Positions 49,559-59,900 of a stretch of DNA of 64,000 nt are shown here, piece after piece. Source of the DNA: an uncultured Candidatus Entotheonella sp. (GTDB lineage: Bacteria > Tectomicrobia > Entotheonellia > Entotheonellales > Entotheonellaceae). The notes beneath the pieces are model-generated. The model worked only from the letters and a program-made list of their open reading frames with translations, was not told the origin of the DNA and did not search any database. The DNA lies in NCBI GenBank assembly GCA_965215335.1, contig CBDCDA010000001.1:352001-416000 (forward strand), given 5' to 3'. Each line of letters starts with the position of its first letter. The first letter of the stretch is position 1. Made by a program: the position numbers and the translations under genes.

Positions 49559-52500
49559 TCACGGTCGATTCAGATCGTTGACGACCAGCCACGTCACCAG
49601 CTCGAAATTGTCGGCGCGGGGAGACTCGCCGGCGGTGGGGAGGGTGGCGCCGCGGTTGCCTGGCTCTTTCAGCGCGTTCAGTTGCGTGCGGACGTGCATT
49701 TGACTGACGTGCCTGAGGACGTTGTTCAGCAGTTCGTCGTAGCGCGCCATGTCGCGGCCGTTGTCGGTTTCCGCGTTGAACCGGTCGCACAGGCTGCGGA
49801 TGGCATCGGTTTTCCCGGCTGTCGCCGCCTCGAACGCTTCCAACACCTGCCGGGCGTTGGCGCAGCCGAAGCGGACGTACCCATCGTGGCCGACGTGGAC
49901 GGCATGGAATGGGTGAATGGGGCTGGCGATTCGCTGCCCCGGCCTGGGCGCCGTGCTGGCGTTCAGCTGGCGCAGGAAGAAGATGACGCCGGGACCGGCA
50001 GGACCGTCGGCGGGTTCGGTCACCGCATAGGCGCCGATCGGGGTGGCCTCCAGTTCATTGCGGTTCTTTTCCAGATACCGCAACAGTTGGGCGAAGAAGT
50101 AGTCCAGCGTGAAGTCGCTCATCGCCGGGGTGTCGTCCGGGCCGTCCAGGTCCAGGATTTCTTCGCGCAGCTTGAGCAATTGCCGGTCGCGGAAATCCAG
50201 TTCCAACCGGGCGTCGTCTTCGGTGAACGGGTCCTCGTCGCCGCTCGCCGCCATGTCCGCCAGCGCCATCCGCGCCTGGACGCGGCTCTTCAGACGCAGG
50301 TAGGCATCCATGTCGCGGGTGGGCCAGTAATTCAGCATGCCGACCGCGCGGCTGCGGCTGCCCATGCGGTCGATACGCCCGAAGCGCTGGATGAGCCGCA
50401 CCGGATTCCAGTGGATGTCGTAGTTCAGAACGGTGTCGCAGTCTTGCAGGTTCTGCCCCTCGGAGATGCAGTCGGTGGCGATCAGCAGGTCGATCTCGCC
50501 CGTCTCGGCGTCCGCGCGGCCCCGGGCACGCGGGGCGAAGTGGGTGAGGATGGCGTTGAAATGGTTGGGACCGCAGGTGGTGCGGGTCTCGTCGCCGGAC
50601 ACCATCGCCAGATGCAGGCCCAGATCCTGTGCCAGGCCGGACAGGTTGTCGTACAGGTATTGCGCCGTGTCCTTGAAGGTGGTGAACACCAGAAGCTTGC
50701 GGTTGGGCTTGCCGTCCTGGTCGATGGACGGGTGCTCGGCCTTGCGCCGGATGGCCTGTTTGATCTCGTGCAGCTTGCCGTCGCGCGCCGGCGTGACGGC
50801 GGCAATTCTGTCGTGCGCCGCCCGCAGGGTTTCGCGGTCGCGCCGCAAATCTTGCTTCCAGCGGCTCAGGTCGAGTTCCCGCAAGTGGTAGGGATGCCGC
50901 GCCCGGTTGATGAAGAACTCCTCGTCGTCCTCATCCGCTTCCGGCTGGACGTCCACCTCGCCGTTGCCTGAAGCCGCGTTGTTTTCGTAGCGTTCGATCT
51001 GCTCCAGCAGGCCGTCGATCTTGCCGATGGTGCGGCTCAGGGTCAGGGTCAACGAGTGGGCGGAGCTTTCCAGCCGCTTCAGGAAGTTGGTGCGCATCAC
51101 GGCGGTCAGAAAGCGCTCACGGTCGGCCTGGTTGAAATTCCTGGTTTTCTTCTCGTCCGCCAGCTGTTGCCGCCGGGCTTCATCCACCAGATAGACAGAC
51201 GGGCGATAGACGGACAGGGCGAAGCGGTCGATCTGCTCCGCCAGAGCTTGATACGAAAGCTCGCCGTCGCGGTCGGTAGGCGGGTAGCGGTTGTCGGGCG
51301 AGGCATGGTCCGGGAACCGGCCGATGCGTTCCAGCTCGTCGGCGTAGAACGTCTTGATCTGTCGCCGGGAGCGGGCGATGGACACCGCGTCCTGCAAGCG
51401 CAGGAAATCCGCACCGAGGCTTTCCAGCAGCTTTGCCTTGTCGCGCTGGCCCTGTCGAGCACGGGTTTCCCACTGTTTGAACTGACGCTGCGCGGCGTTC
51501 AGCAGTTGGCCGATGTCGCGGATGCCGAGGCGTTCCCGGAAGGCGTCGTCGCGTCTTTCGGTCATCAGGTAAATCTGGTTGCGCAGGTCGATCAGGGAGG
51601 TATTGACCGGGGTTGCCGACAGCATCAGGACCTTCGTTCGGACGCCGTCCTTGATCACTTTCTCCAGAAGCCGCGAGTAGCGGCTGTGCTGCCATTCGCC
51701 CTTGTCGTTCGTATAGGGCCTGCGGTCGTTGCGGAAGTTGTGGGATTCGTCGATGACGATGAGTTTGAAGCTGGACCAGTTGAAGCTGGCCAGGTCAACG
51801 CCGTCCGCCGTGCCGGTGTTGCGGGAGATGTCCGTATGCGACAGCAGCGTGTAGCCGAAGCGGTCGGCGGCGAAGGGATTGTGGCGCTGGGCGTTGTGCA
51901 CCGGATAGAGCGCCCAGTTCTCGCGCAGCTTTTTGGGGCAGAGCACCAGGACGTTGTCGTTCTGGAGCTCGAAGTATTTGACGACGGCAAGCGCGGTCCA
52001 GGTCTTACCCAGCCCGACGCTGTCGGCCAGAATGCAGCCGCCTTGTGCTTTCAGACGGTTGATGATGCTGATAGCGCCATCTTTCTGGAAGCTGTACAGG
52101 GCTTGCCAGACTTGGGTGTCGTAGAGGTGCACGTCGGCCAGTTGCCGCTCGCCGTCTCGCCGCGCCTCGACGTCGGTGCGGAAGAGCTCGTAGAGGGTTT
52201 TGTAATAGACGAGTTCCGGGGCGTGCTCCTTGCCGAGGCGGTTCAGGACGTCGAGCACGTCCTGCTTGACGTCGCGGGTCATGTCGTCGTCCGTCCACAG
52301 GTCGTCGAACCATTCCCGCAGCTCGGTATGGGTGGCCGCGTCCGGGGTCGCCAGATTGATTTCCAGGTTGGCGCCGGCGCCACAGCCCAGCCCGCTGCGG
52401 GTGAAGTTGGAACTGCCGACGACGGAGGCCCGGTGGTTTTCGGACTCGGCAAGGTACATCTTGCCGTGCAGGAAGTTGGTCTTGCCGATCGAGCGGATGC

Positions 52501-52825
52501 TGACGTCAGCGCCCGCTATCCACTCGGCGCACGCCTTGGCGAGGTGCTTTTGCCGGAGGGTGCGATTGGGGCTGAGGCCGTTTTCGGTCAAGGTGAAGGA
52601 CTGCGATTCCTTTTTCCCGGGGTCCAGTTCGCCGACAGAGGCCGGGTCGCCGAAGAGGAAACGGACGTCGTCAACCTGGTGCAGCGCATCTTGCAGGGCT
52701 TCGTAGCCGTACACGCTGAAGTAGGCGGAGACGATGCGGAAAATACGGGTGGCGGGGAGATGCTGGTGGAGGTAATCGACGAGCCTGCGGGTGCGGTTGT
52801 CGAGGATGTGTTCGTCTGCTGCCAT
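49559..52825 (-). CDS. PLD nuclease - SNF2-like SF2 helicase fusion
   Basis: FLHGKMY...VGSSNFT...NLEIN (PLD); ILADSVGLGKT, IDESHNFRN, LSATP, SEGQNLQ, WNPVRLIQRFGRIDR; ATG 52825 after GAGGA. Confidence 0.92.
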   Translation of the reverse strand: MAADEHILDNRTRRLVDYLHQHLPATRIFRIVSAYFSVYGYEALQDALHQVDDVRFLFGDPASVGELDPGKKESQSFTLTENGLSPNRTLRQKHLAKACAEWIAGADVSIRSIGKTNFLHGKMYLAESENHRASVVGSSNFTRSGLGCGAGANLEINLATPDAATHTELREWFDDLWTDDDMTRDVKQDVLDVLNRLGKEHAPELVYYKTLYELFRTDVEARRDGERQLADVHLYDTQVWQALYSFQKDGAISIINRLKAQGGCILADSVGLGKTWTALAVVKYFELQNDNVLVLCPKKLRENWALYPVHNAQRHNPFAADRFGYTLLSHTDISRNTGTADGVDLASFNWSSFKLIVIDESHNFRNDRRPYTNDKGEWQHSRYSRLLEKVIKDGVRTKVLMLSATPVNTSLIDLRNQIYLMTERRDDAFRERLGIRDIGQLLNAAQRQFKQWETRARQGQRDKAKLLESLGADFLRLQDAVSIARSRRQIKTFYADELERIGRFPDHASPDNRYPPTDRDGELSYQALAEQIDRFALSVYRPSVYLVDEARRQQLADEKKTRNFNQADRERFLTAVMRTNFLKRLESSAHSLTLTLSRTIGKIDGLLEQIERYENNAASGNGEVDVQPEADEDDEEFFINRARHPYHLRELDLSRWKQDLRRDRETLRAAHDRIAAVTPARDGKLHEIKQAIRRKAEHPSIDQDGKPNRKLLVFTTFKDTAQYLYDNLSGLAQDLGLHLAMVSGDETRTTCGPNHFNAILTHFAPRARGRADAETGEIDLLIATDCISEGQNLQDCDTVLNYDIHWNPVRLIQRFGRIDRMGSRSRAVGMLNYWPTRDMDAYLRLKSRVQARMALADMAASGDEDPFTEDDARLELDFRDRQLLKLREEILDLDGPDDTPAMSDFTLDYFFAQLLRYLEKNRNELEATPIGAYAVTEPADGPAGPGVIFFLRQLNASTAPRPGQRIASPIHPFHAVHVGHDGYVRFGCANARQVLEAFEAATAGKTDAIRSLCDRFNAETDNGRDMARYDELLNNVLRHVSQMHVRTQLNALKEPGNRGATLPTAGESPRADNFELVTWLVVNDLNRP

Positions 52826-52955
52826 TTGGTTCTGTTCCTCTTCCTGACCGCAACGCATGGCAGGAGCACCCCGCATCTGGCCTGCAACCCGCGGCCCAGG
52901 GCATTTCCGTGTCAGGTTGCATCGTTTGCATGGCGTTGGCCCCCCCCCCACCGGC

Positions 52956-55388
52956 TCACCTACGGGCTGCGTCCTTGTTTCGCCGACTCCCCTTGACGCC
53001 TGGCCGCCGCTGGCGGGCGAGGGCGACGGTGACACCGATGGCGGCGACGAGCAGGTTGGGGAGACCGACGGTGGCGAATTTCCAGAAACGTCGAGCCTCG
53101 GGTGTGGGCTGGCTGATGGTGCGGTCGAGGTGCTTCTTGCCGCGAACGTGGATGAGGTCCTCACCGAGGGTGAGGGCGTCGATGCTGTTGAGGAACAGGT
53201 CGGCGTTGCCGCCGATGAGAAAATTGCGGTGGAACATCTGGGCATTGCCGACAACGATGAGCTTGCCGGGAGAAGCGTCAGGCGTCGGGGCCGCATCGAT
53301 GGGCGGAAACTGGCCCTCCACCAGCACGGCCAAGGGGTATTGCTGACCGGTGGAAGACGGCTCCAGGTTGTCGGCGGTGAGCTCGGCGTCGCTGGGCACG
53401 CGCCAGGCGCGTGGGCTGGTGGCGAACAGAACGGTGGCGTTGAGGCCGTGACTGTACAGCACGTCGGGTTGCAGGCTAAGGGCGCTGCCCCACAGGTAGA
53501 ACAACGGCGCCAGGCGGCTGGTGATGGAGACGGCCGCGTTCATGGCCTGCTGCGGGATGGTCATGTGAAGCGGCAGGTCGAGGGTGATGCCGCTGCCGAC
53601 CAGGGCGTCCACGAGGGTATCGGTGTCGTGCACGGTCATGGCCTGATGGTTGACGTCCATCAGCACCGCGGGATCGACCGCGATGCCGTAGTGCTGCAGC
53701 CAGTCGTTCACCTCGGGATGCTGCGGCTCCTGGGTGATGGACACGTCCTGGCGCCCTAGCGTGTAATTCCAGCGGTACTGCTGGACGGCCAGAAATACCG
53801 ACTTGCCGGCGTGCAGAGCCTTGTGCAACAACAGCTGGTCCTCGTCCGACAGGCGCCGCGGATGCAGCACGGCCACGGTTTTCGCCTCGGGCGGGATGCC
53901 GTCGGCGAGCGACTCGAAGCGCCGCACCTCGTAGCGTTCATGCGCCAGCAGGCGTTCCAGCACGGTGTACGGGTCTTCGGTCTCGGGCAGTGAGCGGCCC
54001 ATTTGCGCATAGAGTTCCCGCATGTATTCCGGCAGGTGCAGCTGGTCGCGCGGCGCGACCAGCGCGACCAGCGGCCGGGTATCACGGCGCAGCTTGTCGA
54101 CAAGGTTGACGAGGCGGTATTCCAGGGTCTCCAGGTCGCGCGGCAGCAGGCGGGGGATGATGGTTTCGGGCTTATCCTCGTAGGCCACGCCGATGGCGGC
54201 GTAGACCAGCTTGTTGACGACGTCGTCGCCCTGCAGCAGCTGTACCGAGAAGGGCCGTACGCCCTGATCCAGAAGGCGTCGCTGCACGTCGGGCATGGCC
54301 ACGTCGTCCGGCGCCGCGGCGGTCTGCGCCGGACGAATCGCGTCGGCCGTTTGCAGATGCACCACCCGGGTGTGCAGGTTGCCGTCGCTGGCCAGGCGCA
54401 TGTCGTCGAGATGATCGCGGACGTCGCGTTCCAGGTAGCGCATGGTGACGGGCAGCTGTTGGCGGGGGGTAATGTACAGGCTCACCTGTACGGGCTCTGG
54501 CAGTTGCCTCAGGATGCGCCGCGACGCCGGCGACAGCGTGTACAGTTTGTCCTCGGTCAGGTCGATCCGTCCCAGATTCTGCTCGGCCAGCAGCCAGTTG
54601 GTGGTGAGACCGACGCTCAGGCAGAGGGCCAGCGCGGCCAGAAAGCCGTTGCGTGTTGCCGGGCGGCTGCGAATTTCCAGAAACAGGCTGTTCAGCACCA
54701 GCCAGACCGCCGTCCAGGTCAGGAAATACACCACGTCGCCGAGCACCAGCAGGCCACGCGTGAAGGTCATGTAGTGCTGTGTCACGCCAACGACCTCCGC
54801 CAGCAGGGTGCCCAGGCCCGGCCAGGCGGCCTCGGCAAGGGTGACGACAAACTCGGTGCCTGCCAGGAAGAACCCGAAGCAGCCGAGCAGCGTGAGCATG
54901 AAGGCGACGATCTGGTCACGGCACAGCGCCGAGATGAACAATCCCAGGGACAGAAAGAAGACGCCGAGCAGGAGGCTGCCGAAGTAGGCGCCGAGGATGG
55001 GGCCGAAATCGGGATTGCCCAGCCAGGCGAGCATCAGCGGCAACACCAGGGTGCCGATCAGAGCGCTGAGGTAGAAGATCAGGCTGGCAAGGAATTTCCC
55101 CAGTACCAATTCGTACGCGCGCATTGGGAAGGTCAGCAGCAATTCCCATGTATTCTGCTTCCGTTCCTCGGCCCACAGGCGCATGCTGACGGCGGGCAGA
55201 AAGACGCACAGGACGATGGGCAGAATGGTGAAGAACACGCGCATGTCGGCCGCCAGAACGGTGAAAAACGGCGCCATGTACAGGCCCGTGGTGAGGCTGA
55301 GAAAGACGATGATGGCAATGTAGGCGATGGCCGACGTGTAGTAGGCGTTCAGCTCGCGACGGACAAGGGTGCGGAGGTTAGCCGACAT
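52956..55388 (-). CDS. Fused ABC permease and GldG-like auxiliary domain (GldF-GldG), copy 2
   Basis: Colinear with copy 1 (WAEERKQNTWELLLTFP, DLTEDKLYTLS, NKLVYAAIGVAY, VGNAQMFHRNFL, FLNSIDALTLG). Confidence 0.9.
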   Translation of the reverse strand: MSANLRTLVRRELNAYYTSAIAYIAIIVFLSLTTGLYMAPFFTVLAADMRVFFTILPIVLCVFLPAVSMRLWAEERKQNTWELLLTFPMRAYELVLGKFLASLIFYLSALIGTLVLPLMLAWLGNPDFGPILGAYFGSLLLGVFFLSLGLFISALCRDQIVAFMLTLLGCFGFFLAGTEFVVTLAEAAWPGLGTLLAEVVGVTQHYMTFTRGLLVLGDVVYFLTWTAVWLVLNSLFLEIRSRPATRNGFLAALALCLSVGLTTNWLLAEQNLGRIDLTEDKLYTLSPASRRILRQLPEPVQVSLYITPRQQLPVTMRYLERDVRDHLDDMRLASDGNLHTRVVHLQTADAIRPAQTAAAPDDVAMPDVQRRLLDQGVRPFSVQLLQGDDVVNKLVYAAIGVAYEDKPETIIPRLLPRDLETLEYRLVNLVDKLRRDTRPLVALVAPRDQLHLPEYMRELYAQMGRSLPETEDPYTVLERLLAHERYEVRRFESLADGIPPEAKTVAVLHPRRLSDEDQLLLHKALHAGKSVFLAVQQYRWNYTLGRQDVSITQEPQHPEVNDWLQHYGIAVDPAVLMDVNHQAMTVHDTDTLVDALVGSGITLDLPLHMTIPQQAMNAAVSITSRLAPLFYLWGSALSLQPDVLYSHGLNATVLFATSPRAWRVPSDAELTADNLEPSSTGQQYPLAVLVEGQFPPIDAAPTPDASPGKLIVVGNAQMFHRNFLIGGNADLFLNSIDALTLGEDLIHVRGKKHLDRTISQPTPEARRFWKFATVGLPNLLVAAIGVTVALARQRRPGVKGSRRNKDAARR

Positions 55389-56346
55389 GGGCTGCGGAGG
55401 CCTCATCGGAAGCGGGTGGAGCCGTGAGGGCGAGGAATGTTTCCTCCAGGGTGGGCGGCTGCACGTGCAGCTCGCCGACGCGCCAGCCTTTGTCGCGGAT
55501 CAGGGTCCCGAGCTGCCGGGGCAGGTCCGTGCCGGCGGCGGCACGCACGTCGAACACGGCGTAGTCATCCGCGGCGTGCACGAAACGGGCACCCAGCAGT
55601 CCGGGAAGGGCTTGCAGGGCCGACTCGACCTCCTGTCGCGGCGCCGCCACCGCCAGGGGCGTACGTTCGTCCTGCCGCAGGTCTCGCCGCAAGTCCGCCA
55701 GCGTGCCGTTGCCGACGATGCGCCCCTGGTTGATGATCACCAGACGGTCGGCGATGGCCTCGACCTCTTGCAGAATGTGGGTGGAGAGCAGCACCGTCTT
55801 GCCGGCGGCGGCGAGGTCCCGGACGAGTTGTCGCACCGCCAGAATCTGGTGCGGGTCGAGGCTGGAGGTGGGTTCGTCGAGGATCACCACCTGCGGATCA
55901 TGGATGAGCGCCTGGGCCAGTCCCAGACGTTGCTGGTATCCCTTCGACAATTCACGGACGAGATGGCGCTCCGCGCCTTCGAGGCCGCAACGTTCCTCCA
56001 CCCAGGCGCGGCGTTGGCGCAGCCGGGCGCCCCGCAGGCCGCGGGCGCGGCCGACAAAATCGAGGTAGGCGCCGGCTCGCATTTCCGGGTATAACGGCAG
56101 CACTTCCGGCAGGTAGCCGATCAGACGCCGTACCGCCAGAGGCTCGTTGCGTACGCTCTTGCCGCCTACGCTGGCGTTGCCGCGCGTGGGATACAGGCAG
56201 GTCGTCAGGATTTTCATGGTCGTCGATTTGCCGGCGCCGTTCGGGCCGAGCAGGCCGACCACCTGACCCGGCTCGACGTCGAAGCTGGCTCCTTCCAGGG
56301 CGACCCGCGGGCCGTAGTACATGGACAGATCAGCGGCGCGAATCAC
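55378..56346 (-). CDS. ABC transporter ATPase (GldA-like), copy 2
   Basis: GPNGAGKST, LSKGYQQR, LDEPTSSLDP, TLEETFLALT. Confidence 0.92.
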   Translation of the reverse strand: MIRAADLSMYYGPRVALEGASFDVEPGQVVGLLGPNGAGKSTTMKILTTCLYPTRGNASVGGKSVRNEPLAVRRLIGYLPEVLPLYPEMRAGAYLDFVGRARGLRGARLRQRRAWVEERCGLEGAERHLVRELSKGYQQRLGLAQALIHDPQVVILDEPTSSLDPHQILAVRQLVRDLAAAGKTVLLSTHILQEVEAIADRLVIINQGRIVGNGTLADLRRDLRQDERTPLAVAAPRQEVESALQALPGLLGARFVHAADDYAVFDVRAAAGTDLPRQLGTLIRDKGWRVGELHVQPPTLEETFLALTAPPASDEASAAHVG

Positions 56347-56399
56347 GTCGGCCTGCTCCCTTCTTCAGGCTGTTCCGGCCGGTGAACCGTCAACGCGGT

Positions 56400-56652
56400 C
56401 CGGCGTTGTTCTTCTACCCGGGGCTCGAAGCAAGTCAGGCGTCCCGGCGCCGCTCGGTCCTGCGACACCTCGCCTTCGTGGTGGCGTCGCGGCAAGCGGT
56501 GCACGCGGTAAACGACGCCGTGCGGGCGCTGGGCGGCGAGGTCGTTCACGCCCCACAGCCGTTCCGCAGTACCGGCCGCACTATTACGCCACGTTCTGTT
56601 GGACCCGGAGGGCGTGATGCTGGAGGTGCTGTGCCTGCGGCCGGAGGAATAA
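56400..56652 (+). pseudogene. VOC/glyoxalase family C-terminal remnant
   Basis: LRHLAFVVASRQAVHAV...GGEVVHAPQ / QYRPHYYATF / LDPEGVMLEVLC across two frameshifts. Confidence 0.7.
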
Positions 56653-56659
56653 CCGGGGT

Positions 56660-56917
56660 CAGTGCATCACTGATCGTCATGTCAATCCCCGTACCGCAGA
56701 TTATGCAGAAGTGCCGCTCGTGACGTGTCACCTTGACCGTTTCATTGCAGCATGGAAGGTGCAGGATGTCGAGCAGATCGTCGGTTTCCGCCGGCGCGGG
56801 TGGTGGCTCCGAAAGATCGGAGGTCATGTCGACCTTGAACCGCTGTTCGCAAGAAGGGCATTCCTGCGAGAGGAATCCATCCGCATCTGTTGCAAAGTTT
56901 ATTTCCAATGCCTGCAA
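56660..56917 (-). pseudogene. Cys-rich (Zn-ribbon) hypothetical gene remnant
   Basis: DADGFLSQECPSCEQRFKV, PCC..., FCIICG; looks shortened and runs into the antisense of the VOC remnant. Confidence 0.4.
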
Positions 56918-56953
56918 CCCTTTCGATAGCTGAGTGAGGTACAGCCTACCGAC

Positions 56954-59900
56954 TCAAACCACCACCCGCGTCTCCGCATCCCCCGCTGCCAGGGCGTTCA
57001 TGTACGCCAGGATCAGGGCTCGCGTGCGGTAGCGGCCGAATTGCTTTTCGTCCTCGCGGCGCACGATGGGGAAGGTGTCGAGCACGTAGCCAGCGTCATC
57101 GCGGTCGAGGCCGTAGAGGTGAAAATAGAGGGCGTCGAGGCGGGCGCGCAGGTGGCGGCGTTCGTCGTCGTTCCAGGGGAAGGGCGGGCCGTCGCAGCCG
57201 AGGTCGCGAGCGAAGGGCGCCATGTCGTGGGCGGTGCAGGTGAGGCGCAGCACGTGGTCGCGGACGAGAGCGCGGGCGGTTGTCGCGCCGAATGGCCGGT
57301 CGTAGTCGGCAGGGGCGATGATGGGGAGTTGTTCGACGACATACCAGTTCAAATGAGTGCCCTGCGCCTTCTGTCTCGCGACGAAATCCACACACATGGC
57401 GTTCAGATTCGCCACAAGACAAGCACCGGCGAGCCCATCACCTCCAAGGAGCAGAGGGACCGTGTTGCCGTACCCGACCCACGGGCCAATCGACGCGACC
57501 ATCGTTCTCTCGTTTGTGGGATTGGTGATGTCGCGGAAGCCCAGTACCCAACCGCGAGCTTGCGATATGACTGGCGCCACGTCTGACGCCGGAACCCAGT
57601 ACTGCGTTTGCGGAAGGAAACCGGGGTCGGCGTGCTGCGCCTCGCTGACCGCCTCGCTCAGGTAGGGATTGTGCGTGCTCTCCGGGTTGACGCGAACCGA
57701 ATTGGCGCGGTGGTCGAAGTGCCAAATCATCCGGCCCTGATACAGCGGCAGGTACAGGTCCTCCCCCCGTTTCCAGCGATTGCCCTGCACCGGATAGAAC
57801 CCCTCCGCATCGAGCTGCGCGGCGGTGCGGAAGCGGTGCGAATCGTTGGTCATGTCGAACATGCGTACATACTTCACTGGCCACGCCTTGCGCTCGCTGC
57901 CGTCCGAGCGGTCCACCAGAACCGGGTGGCGCTCATAGATGCGGCGGGTGAGGTCGGCGTCGCGCCGGGTGCGGAACACCGGCGCGGTGCCGGTGTTGGG
58001 GTTGACGCGGGCAAAATCGGACGGCGAAAGCGGGAAGCAGCGGTCGGCGTCGTCAAGCTCTGCGGTGTCGTGCAGGAAGAACGCGCAGCGCGTCTCGTCG
58101 AAGCGCCGCGCTGCGCCACCGACGATCAGGGCGCAGAATTTGAACGAAGCATGAATGTCCTTGAAGAAGATTTTCTTGTTCTCGAAATCGAACAGCCCAC
58201 CCAAGCGCCCGCTTGTGGACACGGACCTGAAGAAGCCGGCCGCCGTCTTGTCGGCGTAAATGCCCGACGGCGTCAGCAGGCCGACGAGGCCGTCCGGCTT
58301 GACCAGGCGCAGGGCGCGCTCGACGAACAGCGAATACAGGTTGATGTCGCCGCCGCCGAGCAGGGGATAGTCGCCGGACACCCGCACCAGTCGGCCCAGG
58401 TTGTCGGCGCGCGTCCTGGCGTCGTCGAACGCCCCGGCCAGTGGGCCGGCGGCGTCGCGCAGCCGCTGGATGCCCTGTCGCCGCGCTGCCGCGGTGGGCG
58501 CCAGCGCCAGATCGGGGGCGCGGGTGGCGAACCATTCGACTTCCTGCAGCTTGATGCGGTCCCACGGCGGGTTGCCGATGACGGCGTCGAAACCGCCCGC
58601 CGGGCGAACGTTCTGCCAGTGTTGCCAGACGCCGGGAAAGGCGACCTGCCAGTGCAGGAAGCCCTCGCGGTCGGCAATGGCGCGGGCCTTGCGCCACAGG
58701 TCGGTGAACTGCGTCCAGGCCGCGGCGTCGGCACCGGGCGGACGCTCGGCACGCTCCGGGCCACGCGCCAGCAGACGGTAGGCGTCGTCCCGCAAGGCCG
58801 CCACCAGTTGACCTTCCGCCCGGTCTTTCTCGCGCGTCTTCATGCTGGCCGTCATCCATCGCCAGCCGCAGAAAAAGTCGAGCAGGCCGCGCAGGTCGGC
58901 GGTCGTTTCCTCCACCCGCGCGAACAGCGACGCCGATTCCCGCACCTCGGCCACGTCGGCGTCGGACATCGCCTCGATGCGCTGCATCCCGGCGGTGGCG
59001 GCCTCGGCGCCGGCGATGGCGGAACCGGCGAACAGGCCACCGAGGCGGTGCAACTCGCCGGTGGCGTCCTGCACCCGAAGCCCGATGAGCGAGTCGCCGA
59101 CCCGCAGGTGGTGGTCCAGAAAGGACAACGGCGCGCCCACCGTGAAGCTGTGCAGCCACAGCGACACCTTGGCCAGTTCCACCGTCAGGCGGTTCTTGTC
59201 GACCCCGTAGATGCAGCGCTTGAGCACCAGGCGGCGGATGATGGCCTGATCCGTCAACTGGGCTTCGTCGATGACCCAGTTGGACGCCGCGGCGCGTTGC
59301 AGGAGGTCGTGCCGGATACGTTCGACGCGCTGCACCAGCGGCGAGGCGTAGTCGTCCAGCCACGCCGGGACGGCGGGGACGTGGTCGATCAGTTCGGCGA
59401 TGGTGTCGGACAGGAAGTCCACCGCGGTGACCAGGAAATGGCCGCTGCCCATCGCCGGGTCGAGAACCTTGAGGTCCAGCACCGCTTCGGCCGGGTCGAG
59501 CCTGCGGAGTTCGGCGTGCCGTGCCGCCTTGGGCCGGCGGTCGCCTTGCAGCGCCGCGGCCTTGTCCTCGAACGCCTGGCGCCGTTCTTCCGTCAGGGGC
59601 TTCAGGGTGCGGTCCACGATCAGATCGACGAGTTCCTGGGGCGTATAGAAGCTGCCGCTGTCCTTGCGGGCGTAGGCGTTGGGGCGGATGGTCACCGTCG
59701 CGGAGCCGTCGTCGCCGCGCACCGGCTCGCGCTCCAGCAGGCGTTCGTAGATGGAGCCGAGTTGCTGCACGGACATGTCGCGGTAGTTGACGAAGCGGGC
59801 CTCGCGGTGGCTCATGGCGTGGATGATGGGGGCGACGGCGGCGTCCGGCAGGCGAACGGTTTCCAGCAGGGGGGCGGCTTCGGGCGCGAACAGGCCGCCG

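Noticed and set aside
52826..53296. N-terminal extension of the helicase ORF
   Set aside because: Low-complexity translation overlapping GldF-GldG copy 2 in another frame; a good RBS and start exist at 52825
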